Shown in pieces: positions 55,471 through 63,804 of a stretch of 64,000 nucleotides of DNA. Within the stretch, counting starts at the first letter, position 1, and every line of letters begins with the position of its first letter. The stretch lies in NCBI GenBank assembly GCA_963616565.1, contig CAVEKX010000005.1:12127-76126 (forward strand), given 5' to 3'. The DNA comes from Clostridium sp. CAG:343 (GTDB lineage Bacteria > Bacteroidota > Bacteroidia > Bacteroidales > Marinilabiliaceae). The position numbers and the translations under genes were made by a program. A model generated the notes under the pieces. That model had not been told where the DNA came from. It was given only the letters and a program-made list of their open reading frames with translations, and did not search any database.

Positions 55471-55747
55471 AGGTTCATTTAGGAAATCACACATAACTAA
55501 ATGATAACTAATAGGGGGGCAAATGTTGCAAAATAGGGGCAATAAATGTTTCATCTTTAAGCTAAAATATTGATTTACAACACAATTACCTTAGGGAAAT
55601 TTTAACACAGACAAAGAGACATGCCGTCGTATGGCGCAGAACAGTTTATTGATAATTTTAAGCAAACAGGGCGAACCGAGCGAAAGGCGCAACTAACAGA
55701 TATTAACAAGATTGCACTTGCGAACAGTATGGAACGGGATGGTAGCA

Positions 55748-55782
55748 ACAAAAGCCCCTCCCGAGCAATAGCCCGAGAGGGG
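55748..55782 (-). terminator. Rho-independent terminator after the Rpn-like gene
   Basis: On the - strand, a 12-bp stem CCCCTCTCGGGC / GCTCGGGAGGGG (two G-U pairs) with loop TATT, followed by CTTTTGTTG. Confidence 0.55.
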
Positions 55783-55816
55783 TGGACATGTGTGTTTGGG
55801 GATGTGTGGATTTTCC

Positions 55817-56815
55817 TTATCGTAGCTTGTCGACCTCAGCCTCCGTGAGACCTGTGCATAGGGCTATCGTCTTCGTCGGGAGACCTTGGGCGATCATCTG
55901 GAGCGCAACGGACTTTACGCCCTCTTCGCGACCTTTTTCGACTCCTTGCTTTATTCCTTGTTCCATGCCTTCTTTTATTCCTTGCTCCATGCCTTCTTTT
56001 ATTCCCTGCTCCATGCCTTGCTTTATTCCTTGCGCCATACCCTCTTTTAGTCCCTGCGCCATGCCCTGCGCCATGCCTCGCTCCATACCTCGCGCCTGGC
56101 CTTTTGTCTCGGCATCGTAGAGGAGCGTCTTCTCGACACTCACGGCATCCCAAAACTTCTCGTAGGTGTAGAGTTGCGACTCGGAGAAGGCGGATTTCTT
56201 GACCTCATCGAGGGCTTTGCTGGTGAGCTCGTTGTCGAGGAGGTCTTCTGGAGCCTCGTCGATATCGGGCGTTATCTCGGTCAGGAAGCGGAGCCAGAGG
56301 ACGGCCATCTTGCGCTCGGCGATGCTCTGGGGCTTGAACTTCTTGAGCTCGACGAAAGTGAGGTGGAGACCCTCGATTATCTTGTCGCTATGGAGTTCGT
56401 GGACGATGTTGTAGTTGTGGATGAACTCATCGGGGAGGTCGGGCATGAAGACCGCGTTGACAAGGTTGAGCGAGTAGACGGGTTGGAGGAGCTGATAGCC
56501 CGCTCCGCCCTCGATTTGGCGCACGAAAGCCTTTGAGGAGTTGAAGAGCACGCGCGCCATAAAGGCTTGCGACCATACCGTTTGCATCTCGACGAGGAAC
56601 TGCCGCCCTTGGGCGTCGCGACACCGGACGTCGACTATGCTGTTCCTCCCCATCGGGGTCTCGGGCATAAGCTCGGGGGTGAGGTATTCGATATCGGTGA
56701 CCTCTCCGCCCTCGGGGAGGGGGAGTAGGGCGTTTATAAGACTTATTGTCAAGTCTTTATGCTGCCCGAAGACTTTTTTGAAAGTCAGATCTGCTTTGGG
56801 GTCAAGGTATCTCAT
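55817..56815 (-). CDS. Rpn-family recombination-promoting nuclease / PD-(D/E)xK putative transposase
   Basis: 332 aa. MRYLDPKADLTFKKVFG, VDVRCRD..FLVEMQ (PD-(D/E)xK core) and a repetitive Gly/Gln/Glu C-terminal tail, typical of this family. Confidence 0.85.
   Translation of the reverse strand: MRYLDPKADLTFKKVFGQHKDLTISLINALLPLPEGGEVTDIEYLTPELMPETPMGRNSIVDVRCRDAQGRQFLVEMQTVWSQAFMARVLFNSSKAFVRQIEGGAGYQLLQPVYSLNLVNAVFMPDLPDEFIHNYNIVHELHSDKIIEGLHLTFVELKKFKPQSIAERKMAVLWLRFLTEITPDIDEAPEDLLDNELTSKALDEVKKSAFSESQLYTYEKFWDAVSVEKTLLYDAETKGQARGMERGMAQGMAQGLKEGMAQGIKQGMEQGIKEGMEQGIKEGMEQGIKQGVEKGREEGVKSVALQMIAQGLPTKTIALCTGLTEAEVDKLR
55922..56095 (-). repeat. In-frame coding tandem repeats (12- and 24-nt periods) in the Rpn C-terminus
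   Basis: Encodes GMERGMAQGMAQGLKEGMAQGIKQGMEQGIKEGMEQGIKEGMEQGIKQGVEKGREEG. At the DNA level, near-identical 24-mers (ctccatgccttcttttattcc(c/t)tg) are adjacent. Confidence 0.9.
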
Positions 56816-56840
56816 GAGACAGAAATTAATGCGTCGTACA

Positions 56841-56848
56841 CAAATATA
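56841..56848 (-). promoter_or_regulatory. Candidate -7 box (TATATTTG on the - strand) for the Rpn-like gene
   Basis: The + strand reads caaatata, 26 nt upstream of the ATG at 56815. Confidence 0.35.
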
Positions 56849-56879
56849 TGAAAATAGACCAGCCTGCGCAAGACGCGCA

Positions 56880-56930
56880 TAAAAACAGCCCCGAAGTCCG
56901 TCGGCATTGCTGCTTCGTGGACCTCGGGGC
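56880..56930 (-). terminator. Rho-independent terminator after the 513-aa lipoprotein gene
   Basis: 12-bp stem gccccga(a)gtcc / ggacctcggggc with one mismatch. On the - strand it is followed by TGTTTTTATG. Confidence 0.65.
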
Positions 56931-56970
56931 CTCTCGAATCAAAACTTATATCTTACTATAAGTCTTTTCT

Positions 56971-58455
56971 CTATTTCTTAGTTTTGAACTGCCAGTAGGC
57001 TGCCTCGTCCCAGCCACCGAAGCTGCTGAAGTTGCCTCCATCGGGATAGACGAGAGTCAAGTGATCGTCGTCTACATAGACAACCTCGTAGTCAGTGACG
57101 TACTTGCCGCCACCATTCATCTCGAATGGCCAGAGGACAGAGTTTTCACCTGTCTCGAGATGACCAACAGCCCAAACTGAGCCGTCCTCATGGACTGTCT
57201 TCTTATCAGTGTTGAGAGACCAAGTGGTGGTGTTGAGCAACTTACCCTCACCATCATACTTGTTGAGGTCACCATTTTGAGCGAGCGTGAAATAAGCGTT
57301 GAAGCTCTCCTCGCCAGTGAGCGCACCCGAGACAGAATGCTTGAGCTGGTCAGCGAACTCTGTATCAGAGACTACGCCCCACCATTTTGTACTATTTTCA
57401 GTGTAGACAATGGAGCCTTCAGTTCCTTGGTAGGCCATGTTGCCCCAGATGCAACCACCAGGAGCACTGGTATTCCACGTCCAAGCCTTGGGCTGATCGT
57501 CTACGCCAGCGAGTGCACCTTCGTAGTCATCCGCCTTGAACTGCCAGAAAGCCGCCTCGTCCCAGCCGCCAAAGCTGCTGAAGTTGCCACCATCGGGATA
57601 GACAAGGGTCATGGCACACGGAGAGATGTAGACAACCTCGAACTCTGTGACATACTTGCCACCTCCATTCATCTCGAAAGGCCAAAGGACGGAGTTCTCA
57701 CCTGTCAGGAGGTGATATTTAGCCCACGCTGTATTCTCGGTCTGCTCGACAACGGAATAGGTTGTCTCATTGAGCTTGGTACCATTGGCGTCATATTTCT
57801 CGATGGTACCATCCTCGGTGAAGACCATATAGGCGTCGAAACTCTCTTCGCCTGTCAGCTGACCTGAGACGGAGTGCTTGAGCTGGTCGGCGAACTCTGT
57901 ATCAGAGACTACGCCCCACCATTTCGTACTATTTTCGGTGTATACCGCAGAGCCGTCAGTGCCTTGATATGCCATGTTGCCCCATATGCAACCACCTGGC
58001 GCATTAGTGTTCCACTTATAGGTCTTACGTCCGGAATTGGAGCAGAAGAGTTTCTCCACAGCTGTAAGATCTTGCTTGACAAAGACGGTTGCGGTCTTCT
58101 CGGCAACAATCTTCTCGCCTTCCGAATTGTAGAGGCAAACGTAGAACTTCTGCTGAGGGTCAGAGCCGCGGCTTGGCGCAATGGTGAAAGAGCCAGAAGA
58201 TCCGAGCGCGAGGACGTTCTCGCTGCCGTCGGCCTTATAGTTGAAGACTTTGACGATCTGCGACGGGCTGGTATTATAGGTGAAATAGTTGCCGTCCTCT
58301 GCCGCATTGCCGTCCTTGTCTTTCTGGACGAAGGAGAACGCATCGGATATTTCCTGCGAAGACACCTCGATAGGATCGAAGCTCTTGTCCTCCTCGACGG
58401 GATCGCAGGCGCACAGGGCGCAGGCGGTCGCCATTAAGATATAACGTTTCTTCAT
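56971..58455 (-). CDS. Surface lipoprotein with two tandem ~175-aa homologous domains (putative surface glycan-binding protein)
   Basis: Start at MKKRYILMATACALCAC (ATG 58455) with a lipobox. Downstream of SusD. Internal duplication: K.Y/W.WNT.APGGCIWGNMAYQGT...WWGVVSDTEFADQLKHSVSG...LWPFEMNGGGKYVT...LVYPDGGNFSSFGGWDEAA.WQFK occurs twice. Confidence 0.75.
   Translation of the reverse strand: MKKRYILMATACALCACDPVEEDKSFDPIEVSSQEISDAFSFVQKDKDGNAAEDGNYFTYNTSPSQIVKVFNYKADGSENVLALGSSGSFTIAPSRGSDPQQKFYVCLYNSEGEKIVAEKTATVFVKQDLTAVEKLFCSNSGRKTYKWNTNAPGGCIWGNMAYQGTDGSAVYTENSTKWWGVVSDTEFADQLKHSVSGQLTGEESFDAYMVFTEDGTIEKYDANGTKLNETTYSVVEQTENTAWAKYHLLTGENSVLWPFEMNGGGKYVTEFEVVYISPCAMTLVYPDGGNFSSFGGWDEAAFWQFKADDYEGALAGVDDQPKAWTWNTSAPGGCIWGNMAYQGTEGSIVYTENSTKWWGVVSDTEFADQLKHSVSGALTGEESFNAYFTLAQNGDLNKYDGEGKLLNTTTWSLNTDKKTVHEDGSVWAVGHLETGENSVLWPFEMNGGGKYVTDYEVVYVDDDHLTLVYPDGGNFSSFGGWDEAAYWQFKTKK
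56974..58026 (-). repeat. Tandem intragenic duplication (period about 540 nt)
   Basis: For example, 56981-57170 aligns with 57521-57710 and 57340-57470 with 57875-58010, with long identical runs (gagctggtc.gcgaactctgtatcagagactacgccccaccattt). Confidence 0.8.
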
Positions 58456-58552
58456 TTGAGTCTTTTCTTTTGAGGTGGCGAGGTGACGGCAGCAGCGAGA
58501 TTGACGCGCCACTGCCGACGCTCGTCACTTTAGTTTTTTAACGACGCCCCTT

Positions 58553-60439
58553 TTAGTTATAGATAGGAGCTGTAGTCATGATGCACTCCGAGCCTTCCCA
58601 ACCTGGGTTCTGCTTCAGGACAGACGCATCGCTTACGATGTTGATCTGAGAAGACGGGATTGGCCAGAAGCCGTCGGTATCAGCATAACGCTTTGACCAA
58701 GAGCTGCTTGCATGGTGCATGGTTGTCCAGTTGCCAGTGTAGTTGACACGCGTGCCAGACTTACGCTGGAGAGTCTTGGCAGCGAGGCAGTCGGAACCGC
58801 CATTCTTGCCAGACCAACGACGGAGGTCGTTGAAGCGGAGACCCTCGCAAGCGAACTCGAAGCGGCGCTCGTTCTGAACGTTGATAAGAGAGTAGGACTG
58901 CGCAGGGAGGCCGACGCGAGCGCGAACCTCGTTCATGCCAGTAGCGTCGCCAGTGAGCTCAGTGTGCATTAGGAGGATGTCAGAGTAGCGCATGAGGACG
59001 AAGTCGGTGTAGTGCGAACCTTGCATACTGTTACCGGTGCCAGGAACGACATCACCACCTGCCTCCGTACGATAGAAATCCCAGAAGGTGTAAGGGCCAG
59101 AAGTCGTTGAAGCCCAGTTGGAGACGTTGCCGTTGTCGGGGTCGTTGACAGTGACGGCGCAAAGCTTCTTGTTGTAATAGCCTGCGTCCTCGGTGCAAGA
59201 GGTTGTGAAGACGAAGTGGGAAAGCTCGCTCTGGCAATCGATGATGGTGGCCTCCTTACGAGGGTCCGTATCGCTCCAATCATCCCAAAGTTGAGCGTTG
59301 ACGGTGCCCTGACCCCAGCCTTGAGCGTAGGGGAAGGTAGCCTCACCGCCGTTTACGTTGCCATTACCGTCGTCGTCACAACGGAGAGATACGTAGAGGG
59401 AGGACATATTGCAGAAGCCCATGCCAGTGGTACCATTCCAAGATGCGGTATTACCGTACTGAATTTGGAAGATCTGCTCCTTGTTGCCGTTGCCAGCCCA
59501 GTATTGCCCATTCGCAGCGAGATCCTTGACGAAGTCATAGGTGGGTGCGGTATACTTATTGGTGTAGTCCCAAAGGAGGCGATAATCCTCAATGAGACCA
59601 TACTGGCCGCTCGCCTTAGCGTTCTCAAGAGCCGCGACAACGTCGGCCTTGGTGAGTGAGGTGTTCTCGATGCCCTGCTGAGCGGGGAGGGTTACAGCCT
59701 CGGGGTTGGCGGTGGCGAGCTCGGAGACCTTCTTGTAGAAGCCCTCGTAGAACATATATGCACGAGCGAGGAAGCCTGCTGCCGCGCCTTTGGTGGCGTG
59801 GCCGTCGCCTTGGGTCGTAGCGCCATAGGTCATGAGGTTATATGCGCTCATGAAGTCGGCAAGGATGTGAGGATAGATGACCTCCTCTGCGCTCTGCTGT
59901 GGGCAAGGATCGGGAGCCGCAGATGTGTAGTAGGCAGGGATGTCGCCCCACATCTGCGCGCCCCAGAGGTAGAAGAGGCCGCGGAGGAAGTAACACTCGC
60001 CGAGAAGCTGGTTGCGCTTCGTCTCCTCAATGCTGTTAAGGATCGAGGCATCCGTTCCGAGGATGGCGTTAGCGCGGGCAATGGCGACGTAGGTTACGTG
60101 CCATGTGTTGTTGCTTGCGCTGGAGGATGTGCCGTAATAGTCGGTATTGGTGACCATGAGGTGACCTGCAGCATGGCTCTCGGTATCGCCCGTGCCGCCA
60201 CCGCCGTTGCAATCGTCAGACGCGAGGATGTTGACGAAGAATGGGGCGTTGAGCGGGTTATTGGAAATGGCATTGAGGCAGCCGTAGAGAGCGGCAAGCT
60301 CTTTATTCAGGTCGGCCGCGGTGCCCGGGTAGTTGCCCGAGTTGGCCTCCGTATAGTTTTCGCTGTCGAGGAAGTCGTCACATGCCGTGAAAGAGCAGGC
60401 GAGCGACGCGGCGACAGCCAGTGCTATAATCTTTTTCAT
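58553..60439 (-). CDS. SusD/RagB-family nutrient-binding outer-membrane lipoprotein
   Basis: 628 aa with lipobox SFTAC then DDFLD. ALYGCLNA and RAYMFYEGFY motifs. Directly downstream of SusC. Confidence 0.9.
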   Translation of the reverse strand: MKKIIALAVAASLACSFTACDDFLDSENYTEANSGNYPGTAADLNKELAALYGCLNAISNNPLNAPFFVNILASDDCNGGGGTGDTESHAAGHLMVTNTDYYGTSSSASNNTWHVTYVAIARANAILGTDASILNSIEETKRNQLLGECYFLRGLFYLWGAQMWGDIPAYYTSAAPDPCPQQSAEEVIYPHILADFMSAYNLMTYGATTQGDGHATKGAAAGFLARAYMFYEGFYKKVSELATANPEAVTLPAQQGIENTSLTKADVVAALENAKASGQYGLIEDYRLLWDYTNKYTAPTYDFVKDLAANGQYWAGNGNKEQIFQIQYGNTASWNGTTGMGFCNMSSLYVSLRCDDDGNGNVNGGEATFPYAQGWGQGTVNAQLWDDWSDTDPRKEATIIDCQSELSHFVFTTSCTEDAGYYNKKLCAVTVNDPDNGNVSNWASTTSGPYTFWDFYRTEAGGDVVPGTGNSMQGSHYTDFVLMRYSDILLMHTELTGDATGMNEVRARVGLPAQSYSLINVQNERRFEFACEGLRFNDLRRWSGKNGGSDCLAAKTLQRKSGTRVNYTGNWTTMHHASSSWSKRYADTDGFWPIPSSQINIVSDASVLKQNPGWEGSECIMTTAPIYN

Positions 60440-60462
60440 AATTAGCTTCTAAAGGATTACAC

Positions 60463-63400
60463 TTAGAACTTGATGTTGACGCCTGCGATATAGGTGCGCG
60501 CTGTTGGGTAGAGACCGAGGTCGACGCCCTTAGCCCAGTCGTTGGTGCCGCCAGAGGAACCTACCTCTGGATCTACGCCAGTGTACTTGGTGAAGCAAGC
60601 GACGTTCTGAGCCTGTACGTAGAGGCGGATCTGACCAAATGGAGAGCTCTTCCACAAGTTCTTTGTGAAGTCGTAGCCGAGGGTTATGTTCTGAATCTTG
60701 AAGAAGTCGGCATCCTGCATGTAGTTGGTAGATACCCAGCTGTAGTTCTCGTTGCTGTAGCCGAGGCGAGGCTTGCTGTTGCTGGTGCCCTCACCATGCC
60801 AACGCTCGAACGCGTCGGATGTGTAGTTAGCGTATGGGTTGGCGAGAAGGGCGGTGCGGTAGCACTGCATAATCTGATGACCGAAGGCGCCGCTGCCGCT
60901 GATGCTGAAGTCGAGACCCTTCCAGTCGAGACCGAGGGTGACACCGAGGGTGACGTCTGGGTTAGGATCGCCAATCTCGTGACGGTCGTTGTCGAGGTCG
61001 ATCTTGCCGTCGCCATTCCAGTCGTCCCAAATGCAGTCGCCTGGGCGAGCATTGTCGAGGACGGCCATACCCTGCGAGCGGGCCATGTCGATCTGATCCT
61101 GATTCTGCCAGATGCCGCTGTAGCTCATGCCGCTGAAGTAGCCGATGGCGTGACCCTTCTCGACGAGAGATACGTAGGAAGAGTTCTGGAAGAGGGCGGA
61201 GCCGGTGCTATCGCCAATCTTGCCAGAGGCGGTGCCGAGCTTGGTAACCTCGTTCTTGTTGAACGCGACGTTTACGCCAACATTGTAGTGGATGTCGCCC
61301 TTGGTATCGTTCCACGTGAGGGCGATCTCGAAGCCCTTGTTCTCGACGTCGCCGCCGTTGATGTAGGCAGCCTCCTCATAACCGAAGACATCCTGCGTAG
61401 GGGCCTGGACGAGCCAGTCCTTGGTGGTCTTCTTGTACCAGTCGAAGGTGAGGCCGAGACGGCTGTCAAGGAAACGAGAGTCGAAACCGATGTTGATCTG
61501 CTCAGAAGTCTCCCACGTTACATCATCGTTAGGCTGGTTGCGCGCATATGCGCCAGTGGTGTAGTTGCCAGGGAGGGTGGTGTAGCTGTTGTCGCTGCTG
61601 AACTTGTAGCCGTAGTCGGCATAGTCAGATGGCGAGAAGCCGATGTTGGAGAGGTAGACGTAATTGTCGATGTTGCAGTTACCGTTCTGACCCCAAGAAC
61701 CGCGGATCTTCAAGAAGTTCATGACGGCTGCGGCATCCTCCATGAAGTTCTCATTCGTGACGACCCAACCCACAGATGCGGAGGGGAAGAAGCCCCAACG
61801 GTTGCCACGTGAGAAGTTGTTGGATGCGTCACCACGGGCAATGAGGGTTGCGAGGTACTTCTCGTTGTAGTTGTAGTTGATACGACCGAAGACGGAAGCG
61901 ATGGTGCCCTGACCCTCGGTAGCCGTGCCAGAGACACCGGTTACGTTGCTGAGGTCGTAGTTGGAGATGAGGTTATACTTGTAACCATTGAGTACGAGAG
62001 AGTTGACAGCGTCGGTGCCGGCCTGTGCCGTTGCGCTGAGGTCTGCGCTCCAGAGGCTCTTCTCGACAGACTGACCGACGAGGACGTCGAAGTGGTTGCC
62101 GTTGAACTCAGGAACGATGTAAGAGATCGTGTTCTCAACGTTGAGGCTTGAGCTTGCGCCAGCTGCCTGGTAGACGCTGTAAACTGCGCCAGACTCGGTG
62201 GAGCTTGTGCTGTATGGCATGCCGACACGCTTGTTGGCGTATGCGGAGTAGCCGGTGTTGAACTGACCGCGGTACTTGAGGTTCTTGATGAACTCGACCT
62301 CAAGGAAGAAGGTTGCGCCTACACCGAAATCGCGGTTGCGGTTGATGGAGTTGCGACCACCGTTATAGAGGGTCTGAAGAGGGTTGCTGAAGATCATGGA
62401 AGAGAAACCCGCGCCGTTCTTCTCATAAGATACGAGGCTGCCGTCCTCATTCCATGCTGGAGTGAGAGGAGATGCGGCGTATGCGTCGTGCATGACGTTC
62501 CAGTAGCCGTTGCCCTCGGCGAGGTCATGGCTCTTGTGGTACCAGAAAGAGAGGTTCTCGCCAATCTTTACGACGTCGCGATTGTCTTTCTTGCTCTTGT
62601 AGAGGACGTGGTCGGAGTTGATGCGACCGCCGTAACGACGGTAGTCAGATGCGTTGTCGCCACCCATGATACCCTCTTGGTCCATGAAGTTGATCGACAT
62701 GGCGAACTTCGAGCGGTCGGAGCCGCCGGTGAGGCTGAGAGAGTGGCTCTGCTGGACAGCGTTCTTATTTTGGAACTCTTCGAACCAGTCGGTGCCGTCC
62801 CATCCTGCGTTGACTCTCTCGAGGATGTACTCGGGAACCATTGATTTCCAGTCGGCAATCGAGCCTGTCTCGTTGAAGACGGCCTCGTTGACAACCTTCA
62901 TGTAGTCCTGTGCGCCAAGGGTTGCGGGACGCTTCAGAGCGTTAGATACGCCAACGTAGCCGTCATATTGCGCGGTTACCTTGCCTTCCTTGCCCTGCTT
63001 GGTGGTGACGAGGATGACACCGTTGGCCGCACGTGCGCCGTAGATGGCTGCCGATGCAGCATCCTTCAAGACGTCGATGCTCTCGATATCATTGGGGTTC
63101 AAGCCGTTAAGACCATCGTTGGCCGTACCGCTTTGGACTCCGTCGATGATGAGGAGAGGAGAGGAAGTGCCGATGGTGCCTGCGCCACGAATGTTGACCT
63201 TGAAGCCCTTGCCCGGCTGCGCGGAAGACTGCGTGATGCTGACGCCTGGAGAGACGGACTGCATCGCCGTGAGGGCGTTGGTTGTGTTCATCTTGGCGAT
63301 GTCGTCACCTGCCACCTGGACGGTTGCGCCCGTGACGAGTTTCTTCTTCTGGACGCCGTAGCCGACGACTACGACCTCATCAAGATCGGATGCCTCCTCT

Positions 63401-63729
63401 TCCATGGAGACGTTTACTGGTGCTCCGTTGAACACCACCTCCTGGTTCTTGAAGCCGAGGAAGGAGAAGACGAGCGTGTTGCCTTTCTCCGCCTGGAGAG
63501 AATACTTGCCGTCAAAATCGGTGATCGTACCAATCGTGGTACCTTTAATCACGACATTGACGCCAGGCAGAGGCTGCCCGTCAGATTGTGAGATGACTGT
63601 GCCAGTAGCGGATTGCGCCTGCGCGAAGCAGTCAGAGGCCACCATGCCTTGAATGCACAGCAGCAAAGCAAACAGCCACGCCGTCAAGGCGAGCCTGCTG
63701 CTCGTTGAATTTCTCTGTTTGTTTATCAT
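60463..63729 (-). CDS. SusC-family TonB-dependent outer-membrane transporter (no STN domain)
   Basis: Start at MINKQRNS (ATG 63729). The N-terminal ~150 aa are nearly collinear with the SusC at 52188-55385 (GTVISQSDGQPLPGVNVVIKGTTIGTITDFDGKY..DEVVVVGYGVQKKKLVTGATVQV). The barrel ends in NIKF. Confidence 0.92.
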   Translation of the reverse strand: MINKQRNSTSSRLALTAWLFALLLCIQGMVASDCFAQAQSATGTVISQSDGQPLPGVNVVIKGTTIGTITDFDGKYSLQAEKGNTLVFSFLGFKNQEVVFNGAPVNVSMEEEASDLDEVVVVGYGVQKKKLVTGATVQVAGDDIAKMNTTNALTAMQSVSPGVSITQSSAQPGKGFKVNIRGAGTIGTSSPLLIIDGVQSGTANDGLNGLNPNDIESIDVLKDAASAAIYGARAANGVILVTTKQGKEGKVTAQYDGYVGVSNALKRPATLGAQDYMKVVNEAVFNETGSIADWKSMVPEYILERVNAGWDGTDWFEEFQNKNAVQQSHSLSLTGGSDRSKFAMSINFMDQEGIMGGDNASDYRRYGGRINSDHVLYKSKKDNRDVVKIGENLSFWYHKSHDLAEGNGYWNVMHDAYAASPLTPAWNEDGSLVSYEKNGAGFSSMIFSNPLQTLYNGGRNSINRNRDFGVGATFFLEVEFIKNLKYRGQFNTGYSAYANKRVGMPYSTSSTESGAVYSVYQAAGASSSLNVENTISYIVPEFNGNHFDVLVGQSVEKSLWSADLSATAQAGTDAVNSLVLNGYKYNLISNYDLSNVTGVSGTATEGQGTIASVFGRINYNYNEKYLATLIARGDASNNFSRGNRWGFFPSASVGWVVTNENFMEDAAAVMNFLKIRGSWGQNGNCNIDNYVYLSNIGFSPSDYADYGYKFSSDNSYTTLPGNYTTGAYARNQPNDDVTWETSEQINIGFDSRFLDSRLGLTFDWYKKTTKDWLVQAPTQDVFGYEEAAYINGGDVENKGFEIALTWNDTKGDIHYNVGVNVAFNKNEVTKLGTASGKIGDSTGSALFQNSSYVSLVEKGHAIGYFSGMSYSGIWQNQDQIDMARSQGMAVLDNARPGDCIWDDWNGDGKIDLDNDRHEIGDPNPDVTLGVTLGLDWKGLDFSISGSGAFGHQIMQCYRTALLANPYANYTSDAFERWHGEGTSNSKPRLGYSNENYSWVSTNYMQDADFFKIQNITLGYDFTKNLWKSSPFGQIRLYVQAQNVACFTKYTGVDPEVGSSGGTNDWAKGVDLGLYPTARTYIAGVNIKF

Positions 63730-63796
63730 GAGGTTTACTATTGGTTTGAGGTCCAAAACAGCATTATCATAGATAACACCTTTTCAGATTTGAAAG

Positions 63797-63804
63797 CAAA
63801 TTTA
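63797..63804 (-). promoter_or_regulatory. Candidate -7 box (TAAATTTG on the - strand) upstream of SusC
   Basis: The + strand reads caaattta within aagcaaatttaaggttca, 68 nt upstream of the ATG at 63729. It is homologous to the block at 55463-55470. Confidence 0.4.

Noticed and set aside
55621-55848. 75-aa + strand ORF in the spacer between SusC and the Rpn-like gene.
   Set aside because: It overlaps the Rpn terminator hairpin and the 3' end of the Rpn gene. It has no motif, no -7 box and no plausible ribosome-binding context.
55922-56095. Regular 24-nt periodic repeats that could look like a CRISPR-like or minisatellite array.
   Set aside because: The repeats are directly adjacent without spacers and in frame. 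They encode the Gly/Gln/Glu-rich tail of the Rpn-like protein, and no cas genes are present.
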